From Naegleria gruberi (Eukaryota), in NCBI GenBank assembly GCA_000004985.1, contig GG738850.1: DNA of 64,000 bases. One strand, written 5' to 3'. Positions 34,326 through 44,520 of this stretch are shown piece by piece. The notes below the pieces were generated by a model. That model searched no databases. It was not told the DNA's origin and worked only from the letters and a program-made list of their open reading frames with translations. Position numbers and translations under genes: made by a program. Position 1 is the stretch's first letter; the number at the start of each line of letters is the position of its first letter.

Positions 34326-34396
34326 TCGGGTGTGGTATAGTGGTAGCATTCCAGACTGTCACTCTGGCGACCCGGGTTCAATTCCCGGCACTCGAG
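34326..34396 (+). tRNA. tRNA-Asp (anticodon GTC)
   Basis: TCGGGTG TG GTAT AGTGGTA GCAT T CCAGA CTGTCAC TCTGG CGAC CCGGG TTCAATT CCCGG CACTCGA G. Acceptor has one G-U, a 4-nt variable loop as in tRNA-Asp, and discriminator G. One A-C mismatch in the D stem. Followed by TTTTTT (Pol III terminator). Confidence 0.75.
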
Positions 34397-34825
34397 AATA
34401 GTTTTTTGCTTTATCTCCAGGATTTGAGTTTTAATTTTTTCATAGTAGCAGGTATGATATGTAGTCGAGCTAATTACCATTTTTCAAAGTTTCATCTCTT
34501 AAAACCACCGAGAAAATAATCAAAGATTATATACTTTCATTTTTTTTAAAAATATTCCAAGTTCTTTTCAGCTGCCTGCAGTTCCATGCCTTAATTTCAT
34601 TTACATTAAACTTGTTAATTAAATATTATATATTTATTAATATTTAATTAACACAATATATTTACAACGGATTTCAATGAAACTAGCAAACTACCTATTT
34701 CAAAAAACACGTGTTTTTTACAATATTCTTAATCACGCAACACGTGTTTGAAAATCATCTTGCAATATTATAAACCATTTTAAAGAAGTAGTTACAAAAT
34801 TGTTAAATAAATATTACTAAAAAAA

Positions 34826-36478
34826 ATGATGAAACAAGTAATTGGAAGGAAAGCAACATTGTTGGTGTTGATTTTGGCTTTATGCACAATATTTGTTATG
34901 GGAAAGGAATCGAATAATGATCCAATTATTGGACTTTCTATCGGAAATACACACTGGAGAGCTGTCATTATTAGAAATGGTAATGTTGAATGGATTAGAG
35001 ATGGAGAAGGGCAGATTGAACACAAATCTTTTGAGAATATTAACAAAATAATAGGAAAAAATTACAAATCCATTCAATTTAAAGATCCATACTTGTTGGA
35101 ATCGAATAAGATTTTTGAAAGAAATGGAAAGGTTTATTGTAAATTTGATGTAGATGGAGTTGTGAAGGAAATGACACCAGAAGATATTTATTCAAACATT
35201 CTGCTTGATGTAAAGCAAGCAACTTTAGAATATTTAAATGAGAATATTACAAGAATCTACATTTCAGTTCCTGTTTATTTTGGTCCTGATCAAAGAAATG
35301 TTATTCGAAATGCTGCTTCAGAGCAAGGTTTAAAAATTGAAAGATTTCTTCTAGATCCAGTCAACACGGCAACATTCAATACCAAGGAATACGAATCAAA
35401 TAATTCAGCTAACATTCTAGTTGTGGACATGGGAAGAAAATCATTGGATGCAACTGTACTGAGTAGAAATAATAGCGTGTTTGAAGTTTACCAAGCTGAA
35501 TCGAATGGCCAATTGGGATCTGAAAAGTTTCATATGAAATTGAGAGATTTATTTGTTTCGAAATTTAAGAAACAACATGAATCATTAAGAGATGTGAATT
35601 TATTGGAAAATCAACAGGTGAATGACTTGTTAATGAGTCATGCTGAGATAGCAATGATAGCCCTCTCGAATGATTGTAAATATCATATTGTAATACCATC
35701 TCTCTATGAAGGAAAGGATTTCACATACACTCTAACTCGTGATTACTTTGAAAAACATTGTAAAGACCTTCTTGATGAAATTTCCAAGTTGATTTACAGC
35801 ATTATTACAGAGACAGTTTTTTACTTTGAGACTGTTGATTCGGTCATTCTCTCAGGTGACTCAACCAATAACCCGTTAATAAGGAAGTCAATTACTAATC
35901 GTTTTCCATTTTCCAAAGTTGTACATGGGCAAAATCCAGAGGTTGGTGCTGCTATTCAAGCTTACATGAGAAATCATCCTGAATCAAGTGTTCCGACTTT
36001 ATTTCTTGCGCCATTTTCCATTGGAATTGAAAATTCAGATCATCAATTGGTGAAGATTATTCAAAGGGGTGACTTGTTACCAACTGTGAAACGAGTAATC
36101 TTTTCAAATTTGGATGATTTTAGTGAATCTGCTCATTTGAAGATTTTCATTGGTGAATCTGTGGTTAATATTGGACCAAGGAATGTTCATATCGGTGATT
36201 TGATTCTGAAAGGAATTGAATTGACTGAGAGCGGGAATGCACAAATTCAAATTTCCTTTCAAATTGATGGAGAGTATAATCTCACAGTTACAGCTCTCGA
36301 TTTGAAAACCAACGCCAAGAGTGAAACTGTGATTTCTCTTCACAGTTTTGCCAATAATCTTGAACTAATTGATGAATTATTAGAGGATGGAATTCAAGAA
36401 GTCACAGATAATGTTAAAACTGAAAAGCTTATTTCCAGTTTCATCGTGGATCCAATTAAAAATCATGACGAATTTTAA
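34826..36478 (+). CDS. Hsp70-family ATPase, short STCH/HSPA13-like form with signal peptide (nucleotide-binding domain only, no canonical C-terminal substrate-binding domain)
   Basis: Signal peptide MMKQVIGRKATLLVLILALCTIFVMG. Actin-like ATPase motifs IIGLSIGNTHWRAVII (phosphate 1), ISVPVYFGPDQRNVIRNAASEQGLKIERFLLDPVNTA and VILSGDSTNNPLIRKSI (like GGSTRIP). Length is 550 aa. Confidence 0.7.
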   Translation: MMKQVIGRKATLLVLILALCTIFVMGKESNNDPIIGLSIGNTHWRAVIIRNGNVEWIRDGEGQIEHKSFENINKIIGKNYKSIQFKDPYLLESNKIFERNGKVYCKFDVDGVVKEMTPEDIYSNILLDVKQATLEYLNENITRIYISVPVYFGPDQRNVIRNAASEQGLKIERFLLDPVNTATFNTKEYESNNSANILVVDMGRKSLDATVLSRNNSVFEVYQAESNGQLGSEKFHMKLRDLFVSKFKKQHESLRDVNLLENQQVNDLLMSHAEIAMIALSNDCKYHIVIPSLYEGKDFTYTLTRDYFEKHCKDLLDEISKLIYSIITETVFYFETVDSVILSGDSTNNPLIRKSITNRFPFSKVVHGQNPEVGAAIQAYMRNHPESSVPTLFLAPFSIGIENSDHQLVKIIQRGDLLPTVKRVIFSNLDDFSESAHLKIFIGESVVNIGPRNVHIGDLILKGIELTESGNAQIQISFQIDGEYNLTVTALDLKTNAKSETVISLHSFANNLELIDELLEDGIQEVTDNVKTEKLISSFIVDPIKNHDEF

Positions 36479-36493
36479 TAAGGTAATAAATAC

Positions 36494-36954
36494 TATAAAT
36501 CAATTTATTATTGTGGTTTTCGAGAATCCTCGGACCGAGAAAAATTGCAATTTATTGATATTGCAAGGAGCAAAATTCGAAAAACGCATTTTTTACCAAT
36601 AAATTGCGATGAACAAAATCGCAACAAACCTCAATTATTGGTGTATGTTTTCATTCAAGGTTTTCAATTTTTCAGCCTAGTTTCCAATAACTTTTGCATA
36701 ATTTTCTTCCCATTGTTGAAAGGTGAGTAAGGACTTGATGTACACAATGAATACCACCTCCTTTTAGCAAACTCGTAATATCATCTTTAATGTAAAAACA
36801 ACCAACATTGTGCATCGTGATTTATCAAAAATGCACAATCTCAATTTTATTGGCAAAAATGTGAAATGAAAAAAATTCACAATTTCGCGATTTTATCTAA
36901 TATCAAAAACGCAAACACGGTCCGAGGATTCTCGAAAACCACAATATTTTATAG
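36494..36954. mobile_element. MITE-like non-autonomous element candidate (about 461 bp) bounded by long imperfect terminal inverted repeats
   Basis: Perfect 28-nt inverted repeat attgtggttttcgagaatcctcggaccg (36510..36537) / cggtccgaggattctcgaaaaccacaat (36918..36945). Both ends start with CTATAAA...(left) / ...TTTATAG (right). Outside the perfect core there is further IR-like similarity (ttgatattgcaa, gccaataaa). There is no coding capacity. It sits just 3' of the Hsp70-like gene. Confidence 0.4.
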
Positions 36955-37192
36955 AAATTTATCTGAAATATGGTACAATGTCTTTGCTCGCTTTGCTATA
37001 ATGTTAAATTGATCAAAGATCAAATAACAAGTAGTTGGATATTTCAACCATTCTTCGTTTTGAATGAGTATCAATTCCACACTTCTATGGTTACAATTTC
37101 TTGGATTCAGACTCAAAATCTAGGATTTGAATCCAACTAGCAATATTTGCATTCTTTCCACCAAACAACTTGGTTAATTCATCAACAACAAG

Positions 37193-37921
37193 TTATTTAC
37201 AACTAGTGTAAACTGGACAAATTGGTGGCAATCTAAACATGGTCGAGTCTACAATCGTGCTTGGAATGTAAACGTTCTGTGAAAGATTCACTTGTGGCAG
37301 AGTGAGTTCAATACTCAAAGGAAAACAATACTGCTCTGGTTGAGTTGGTTTTGTCGTCCATTGTGAATAGGTTTTGGTAAAGATATGAGTTGCTTCAAAT
37401 TCTCCATGCTTCTTTCCAAATGAATTCTTACTATCCAACGGATAGCAAACCAAATCCCAATCAATTTTCTCCTTCAAAATCCTACAAGAGCAATGTCCTC
37501 TCATTACATGATATTCATAATCATTGGAACCTAATCTAAAATAATAACGACTCGCATTGATTGGTTCACCATTCGGATTGATACTCACAGAATCGATACG
37601 TTTTCTCATGGTTTCTCTATCGATCCATGTCTGGCTATTGGTTGTTGAGATGTGTTGGTGATGGTCATGTGTGGAATTCTTTCGTGTGAGACTACTTGTC
37701 ATTATCATGGAATATCTTGGTGGTAAACAACATTTAGAGTCCCCAGAAGGTAAACTCTGCTTCCATGCCTGATGTATTGTCCTTCTCAGTGACTCATCTC
37801 TAATGAGTGAAAAATCTACGCATTCAACTTGATTCTCACCTCCACATATGAATATTGTTGTGAACAAGACAATTATCAGTATAATATTCCTCATCTTTAT
37901 ATCTTCAATATTGCTCCTCAT
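37193..37921 (-). CDS. Hypothetical secreted cysteine-containing protein (signal peptide)
   Basis: 242-aa ORF; N-terminal MRNIILIIVLFTTIFICG; 13 Cys; no domain recognised. Confidence 0.4.
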   Translation of the reverse strand: MRSNIEDIKMRNIILIIVLFTTIFICGGENQVECVDFSLIRDESLRRTIHQAWKQSLPSGDSKCCLPPRYSMIMTSSLTRKNSTHDHHQHISTTNSQTWIDRETMRKRIDSVSINPNGEPINASRYYFRLGSNDYEYHVMRGHCSCRILKEKIDWDLVCYPLDSKNSFGKKHGEFEATHIFTKTYSQWTTKPTQPEQYCFPLSIELTLPQVNLSQNVYIPSTIVDSTMFRLPPICPVYTSCK

Positions 37922-38308
37922 CCTTCAAATAACTTGATGAGAGAAGTGATGTGGTGTGGTTCTTTTTTTTTCTCTGTGGAATAATAGAAGGTAGCTTGAA
38001 TCATATCTCTGCCTCTAATTACAGTAACCTTAAAAGTAAAGTAAATTCTCTATTAAGGTAGGTTATGAGTACGAATGGGCTATTCTAAGGAACCAAAATA
38101 CAATGATGAATCACTTGTAGTGAGTCCTAAAACTCACGTACAGAACATCACATCTCTATTACTGTTTATCATATTTATGACTTGTACAAGATGTATCCAC
38201 ACAAATATGAAGATGACGAGACTTTTAAGGTTGAATGGATCCTTTTAATTGGAATTTTAATATTTCCTGTGGTGATATTATTTTCCTTAATTGTACGTAG
38301 TATAGACT

Positions 38309-38767
38309 TTATTGCTTTGGAGATTCGAGATGTTCAATAAGTGATTGAATTCCGCCACGATAGGCCGAGTGCACAATCTGAGTCAAATCCTCACTTCTCT
38401 CTGCAGGACAATTGAATCGAACACTCCACTCAAAGAAAGTTTGATTGGTGAGTGTAATTTCACTGACCTTGATGGTTGCTGTGTAGTTTTGCAGCTCAGC
38501 AAAGGCCCCACCAGCTTGCAATAGTTTGTAAGTAAAAGTGTGATTGATTTGATCAAGGGCTATTAATTCCTCCCTTGCTGGTGTTGAAACTCCTCGAATT
38601 TTGAGACAGCGAATGGAGCCAATGGTTTGTGGATTTACAGAATTCTCAATAGTGCTCTCTTCAACAACAGCTGACCATTTTGGGGAGCCATCGAATTGAC
38701 TAACGAGTGGCCACACAGTTGAGATGGAGGCTGGTAAGACACCTGATTCGTAGACTTGATAAGACAT
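38309..38767 (-). CDS. SRPBCC (Bet v1-like / polyketide-cyclase-like) ligand-binding-domain protein
   Basis: 152-aa ORF with the pattern W.LVSQFDGSPKW ... HTFTY ... NYTATIKV ... FEWSVRF, typical of small SRPBCC proteins; assignment by pattern only. Confidence 0.4.
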   Translation of the reverse strand: MSYQVYESGVLPASISTVWPLVSQFDGSPKWSAVVEESTIENSVNPQTIGSIRCLKIRGVSTPAREELIALDQINHTFTYKLLQAGGAFAELQNYTATIKVSEITLTNQTFFEWSVRFNCPAERSEDLTQIVHSAYRGGIQSLIEHLESPKQ

Positions 38768-38961
38768 TTTTTTCCAATTTACTTGAAAATGTTAACACTT
38801 CTTTGTGGACATTTAATTGGACTTTAATTATTAAGCGCGGGCTATTTATTTTGAAACTCCCAAGATATTTTCCCACAACTTGCACATGTGGAAAAGAATC
38901 ATTAACATTGAAATTGCAACAGTCTTTATGATTCCAATCTGATAAAACTTTATTCCACATA

Positions 38962-41298
38962 TTAATTCTTTCTTCTCTTGTAAATTAATTCACTTCTCAT
39001 CAAATATTTAGTGCCACTCTTGAGAACTGAGCCATAGTGAAGAATATTGTGTGGGAAAATGATGCACAGACCTGGTTCTGGCTCAACGTGTCCCTTGATT
39101 TCAAATGGTGGTGCAGGTGGGAAGGTATGTGATTTGATAAATGTGGTTCTTCCCTCTTCATAATCACCATTGAGATAGAACATGAATGTGTAAAAACTAC
39201 GAGTATCACCATCGAGCTCAATACAACCATCATAGTGAGGAGCAAGGAAGTGTTGACCTGGTGTGTATTTGCAGAATCGCCATCTAGAATTGAGGAATGC
39301 CAAGTCCCAGGTATCTCCTGATTCTGGATCGACGTAAACTTGAGGAGCCATTGATTTTACTCTTTCGAATAGAATTTGTGCAGAAATCTTGTCTTCAACA
39401 ATGACTCTCTTATTAGATCTGTATTCCTTAGCATAACCATACAAATCCTCATAGCTTAATTTTTCTGTTTGCTCGATCAAGTGTTGACATTCTTCCTCAC
39501 TCAATAAATTATGAATCAGGTAACTGGTATTCTTGGTGAATTTGGTGCCAATTAATTTATCATCAAATATTCCCTCCAAGAATGTTACACATTGAATTGG
39601 TTTTCTCTCAGTGCATGGTTTGGCATGGTCAATGCTGAAATCTTTGAATATTTTCAGGTAGGCATGATTGGTGTGATCGTATTGCAAATCATCCGTTCCA
39701 AGTTCAAAATCTGAAGGATACTCCCATTCATATCTTGGACTAAATTTGACAAAAAAGATGGCAGAATCTGAGAGACCCAGCAAAAGAATTGACTGATCTG
39801 GAATCAACAACATGGAATTACATTGAGATCCACTACAATCCAACTCGACTGTTTCAGTTAAACTCAAAGAAGAACCACTCTTTCCAATGTAGAACAATCT
39901 CACTGTACAATCTCTGCATGAACAAATAAGCTTCTCTGGAGTGAGAACAATATTGGTGCATGAGCTTGGCAAGGATTCATTGTGTTGTAAAGAATGAATG
40001 CTCGATAATTTTCCATCCTCAAATCGTAATTTACAGGATATCACCTGTAATGTCTTGTCTTGGTAGGAAATGGAGATTATAAACTCTTCATCAGATCGTT
40101 GTGTTACCTCACAAGTTATCTTGACCCTTCCAGAATTGGATTGTTCCGCTATTAAATATTGTTTCCATGATTTGATATCTTCCATTGAATCTTCTTTACA
40201 ATAGCTCATTACCACTGAACCATTCATATCCACACTCAAGAGACATACCATTTCACCAAAATTCAAAACTCTCAAAGAATTATTAATTGGAGAAGTGTGC
40301 AAAGTTGACACTTTTCCTATCACTTCTCCATTCTCAATGTTGGAGATGCAAACAAATGAATCTAATCCACTCGTTGCTACCAACTTGCTACTCGATGTCA
40401 ATTTGACAATTTTTGCTATATTATAATTATGGAACTCGCTAATCGACTCTATTTGATGAATTCTTTCATACTTTTCATCAACCAATTTCCAAACATTCAA
40501 ATTATTGGAAGTTGAATTCACAACCCATTCAACATTGAAATGTTCAAAATCAGAAACCTTTGATTCAATACCAGATTTAGATTCATTCAATCCACTATGA
40601 ATGAAATATTTCACAACACCATCTGACGGATCAAAAACAATCAACGATGAATGAGACCCATCACTCTCATTACCACTCGAACATGACAAACACAAGTGTC
40701 TCTTTTCACATTGATCATTATGAGGAGAGATGGACATGACAACATCAGATTCTCCCACCACTTGCTGAGGTTCATAATCAAAAATCTTTAAAATCTTTCC
40801 CTCATCTCCACTATGAAAATCAATGGATTTCATTTGGAGAGTAGATCTCAAATCCCATTGACACAAACAAGCTTTCATATCACCAGAAAACAATGTTGGG
40901 ATGTTAATTGTTGTCTGCTTCTTCAATTTGGAGAAGCACATTGCTTGAACTGCTGACAAGTGTCCTTCCAGACATGTCAAATGATGTAAACCCTTCTTAT
41001 ATCTCTGCATTATTTGTAATTGTTGAATGAACAATCTCTTATAGCCCTTTTCATTGATAATCAAGTGAGAAGATTGCTTCAAAACTTGAGAATACTCCCT
41101 CTGACACAACTCCTTCCAAACCATCTCATCATTTCCCATGAATTTAGAGTAAATCTTCGGAGAGAGTAGGAAGAGAGAATTGATCCACTCCGTGGGCTCT
41201 ATCATGAGCATTAGCTCGGAGAGAATGGATGGTTCTTGTACCAATAGAGAAATCAAGTTCATAGTTGTTAGTTGAATTTGTGTTTTAAAATCTCTCAA
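38962..41298 (-). CDS. F-box-like / probable beta-propeller / C-terminal prolyl-4-hydroxylase-type 2OG-Fe(II) oxygenase fusion protein
   Basis: N-terminal F-box-like segment (LISLLVQEPSILSELMLMIEPTEWINSLF...EMVWKELC). C-terminal ~200 aa has P4H / 2OG-Fe(II) oxygenase features: HxD (PHYDG), a distal His (NILHYGS) and a basic residue (TKYLMRSELIYKR), plus FYLNGDYEEGRTTF (like the P4H FYLND..GG.T.F). Confidence 0.55.
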   Translation of the reverse strand: MRDFKTQIQLTTMNLISLLVQEPSILSELMLMIEPTEWINSLFLLSPKIYSKFMGNDEMVWKELCQREYSQVLKQSSHLIINEKGYKRLFIQQLQIMQRYKKGLHHLTCLEGHLSAVQAMCFSKLKKQTTINIPTLFSGDMKACLCQWDLRSTLQMKSIDFHSGDEGKILKIFDYEPQQVVGESDVVMSISPHNDQCEKRHLCLSCSSGNESDGSHSSLIVFDPSDGVVKYFIHSGLNESKSGIESKVSDFEHFNVEWVVNSTSNNLNVWKLVDEKYERIHQIESISEFHNYNIAKIVKLTSSSKLVATSGLDSFVCISNIENGEVIGKVSTLHTSPINNSLRVLNFGEMVCLLSVDMNGSVVMSYCKEDSMEDIKSWKQYLIAEQSNSGRVKITCEVTQRSDEEFIISISYQDKTLQVISCKLRFEDGKLSSIHSLQHNESLPSSCTNIVLTPEKLICSCRDCTVRLFYIGKSGSSLSLTETVELDCSGSQCNSMLLIPDQSILLLGLSDSAIFFVKFSPRYEWEYPSDFELGTDDLQYDHTNHAYLKIFKDFSIDHAKPCTERKPIQCVTFLEGIFDDKLIGTKFTKNTSYLIHNLLSEEECQHLIEQTEKLSYEDLYGYAKEYRSNKRVIVEDKISAQILFERVKSMAPQVYVDPESGDTWDLAFLNSRWRFCKYTPGQHFLAPHYDGCIELDGDTRSFYTFMFYLNGDYEEGRTTFIKSHTFPPAPPFEIKGHVEPEPGLCIIFPHNILHYGSVLKSGTKYLMRSELIYKRRKN

Positions 41299-41600
41299 TG
41301 AAAACAGTGATGGTTTAACAGTTGCAATTTTTTTGATTTTGGAAATAATAAAGAAAGTGTATTATTGGAAATTTAACTTGAAGGTGCTATTCTGAATTTG
41401 AAGTTGAATCAGGTTCATTTTCACAAGTGAATATGTTCAATTTGATTTCCCGCCAAAAACAATGACAAAGAAGCAGATTTTTGGGAAAATGGTGCAAGAC
41501 ATCAGGTAGAGCTTGTTCTGAAAAATTCTTTGGATTTAATGTTGTTTTGAAATTAAGGAGCCAATTTTTTACCACTGTGTTGACATACAACTTTATGTTT

Positions 41601-41633
41601 ATGAGGTGCTTGAATCGTGATATGGCTGTACCC
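41601..41633 (-). pseudogene. 5S rRNA 5'-end fragment (about 33 nt), truncated copy
   Basis: Minus strand GGGTACAGCCATATCACGATTCAAGCACCTCAT matches the first 33 nt of the 33668..33785 5S gene at 28/33 positions, then all similarity stops. Boxes A and C are absent, so it is probably non-functional. Confidence 0.5.
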
Positions 41634-41761
41634 ACTAATTTTCTTGATTTATGGAATATTAATCATACCATGAATTTAGGTTCTTAGATTTGAATAAAAT
41701 TGAAATGCAATATTAACAAGGATTTAAGCTATTCATACTGAAATCAAAGAAATGGTACAGT

Positions 41762-42661
41762 TTGACAGATGATTTTGTGCTCAATCAAAATTGTTTACAA
41801 AAAAAAATGAAAAGATTCCTCAACACTTCATTGCTGCCATCATCAAGATCAACTCCTCGAAATGTAAAAGGTATTAACATGTCAAAATCCAATACATTAA
41901 AATCTTGTAAAAAACACTTCATAGAAACTTATAATCCTTTCAATGTCAAGTCAACAATAACACGATCATTTTCCATCAATCAATTGAATAGATTTAGTCA
42001 ACAGAATAATTTTCCGAGAACAACCTTTATCACTATTCGTACAACTTGTGCCTTGTGTGGACATGAAGGCCAATTTGATCAAGTTACTTCAACAAGTTCA
42101 TTTGGGAATTGTGATTTAGATATGAGACCAGCTCCTTTGGCAAGACATACATTGGTGGATGAGGTTCAGGAGTGTGAGTCGTGTGGTTTCGTCAATCAAT
42201 CCGTTGGAAAATGTGAAAATATTGAGGAAATGAAAAATATTGTCAAGTCTGACAAGTATCAAGAAGCATTGAAAGACGATAATAGCTTCCTTCTTTATGC
42301 ATTAATCAAAGAAGAGGAGCAGAATTACCTTGCATGTGCATGGAGTTATGTAAAATCAGCTTGGATTTTTGATGATAGAAATGAGAATGATAAGGCATCT
42401 ATTTCAAGAAGGAGAGCCATTGAATTCTTTGAAAAGAGTACAACTTGCCTAACTTTGGAGCAAAAGATGCTTATTGTTGACCTTTATCGAAGAACTTCTC
42501 AATTTGATAAGGCCTCCAATCTTGCAAATGATTTGTTGAAAAATGAAAAAATTGATAGCAAATTTCTAATTGGAATTTTGGAATATCAAAAGGATTTATG
42601 TAGATATAAGGATGTGGATTGTCATGTTTCTCCTGATGAAAATAAGATTTTCTTTCGTTAA
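41762..42661 (+). CDS. Hypothetical protein with a CxxC...CxxC zinc-ribbon-like motif
   Basis: 299-aa ORF; CALCGHEGQFDQ ... ECESCGFV. No confident family assignment. Confidence 0.35.
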   Translation: MTDDFVLNQNCLQKKMKRFLNTSLLPSSRSTPRNVKGINMSKSNTLKSCKKHFIETYNPFNVKSTITRSFSINQLNRFSQQNNFPRTTFITIRTTCALCGHEGQFDQVTSTSSFGNCDLDMRPAPLARHTLVDEVQECESCGFVNQSVGKCENIEEMKNIVKSDKYQEALKDDNSFLLYALIKEEEQNYLACAWSYVKSAWIFDDRNENDKASISRRRAIEFFEKSTTCLTLEQKMLIVDLYRRTSQFDKASNLANDLLKNEKIDSKFLIGILEYQKDLCRYKDVDCHVSPDENKIFFR

Positions 42662-42671
42662 ATAAAAAAAT

Positions 42672-42744
42672 TGCCGACACCAGGGATCGAACCAGGGACC
42701 TTAAGATCTTCAGTCTTACGCTCTCCCAACTGAGCTATGTCGGC
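42672..42744 (-). tRNA. tRNA-Phe (anticodon GAA)
   Basis: Minus strand GCCGACATAGCTCAGTTGGGAGAGCGTAAGACTGAAGATCTTAAGGTCCCTGGTTCGATCCCTGGTGTCGGCA is a canonical cloverleaf, near-identical to eukaryotic tRNA-Phe-GAA. It is followed by T7 on its own strand (Pol III terminator) and sits only about 10 bp from the stop codon of the upstream + strand ORF. Confidence 0.9.
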
Positions 42745-43065
42745 TTCTTATTCAACTATTATTGAATGTTGTTATAAAACAATTTGTTTTCTCAGTTACA
42801 ACAAACTTTGTTCAGAACTCATCATTAACGAGCAGCATAATCTCAAATGTTGTTTCAAAATGATACAATGGGTAAAACCATATTATCCTTCCGATTATTG
42901 TTTGACGATCAAACTGTTTTACAACCATTATTCCTGAACTCCTGTCTCCGAACTTTTAAACTTGTTGTTGATTGGTTCGTGTGGTGTGATTGATGAAGAT
43001 AAACGATTGTCTCCTTCAAAAAGTGCTCCTTGTAACAAGCGCCAAAAATTCTTAGCGAAAAAAAA

Positions 43066-44274
<1,209 letters not shown>

Positions 44275-44520
44275 ATTGATTAAATGAATTTTTTAATTAA
44301 TTATTGTTTTTTATTTTTTGTAAAAGGTAACTTTAATTACTCTTGTTACCAGTGGAATTTATTCTAACTGTGCAACACATTCATGAAATGAAACTTTCTC
44401 GTTAATTAATTAAATAACAACAAAGGAAAATTTTACAATTTTCATTGTAAAAACAAATCATCAGTTAAAAGATTTTTCACCCAATCTATCACCTTAATTA
44501 TCCATTCAACGCCCTAAGTT

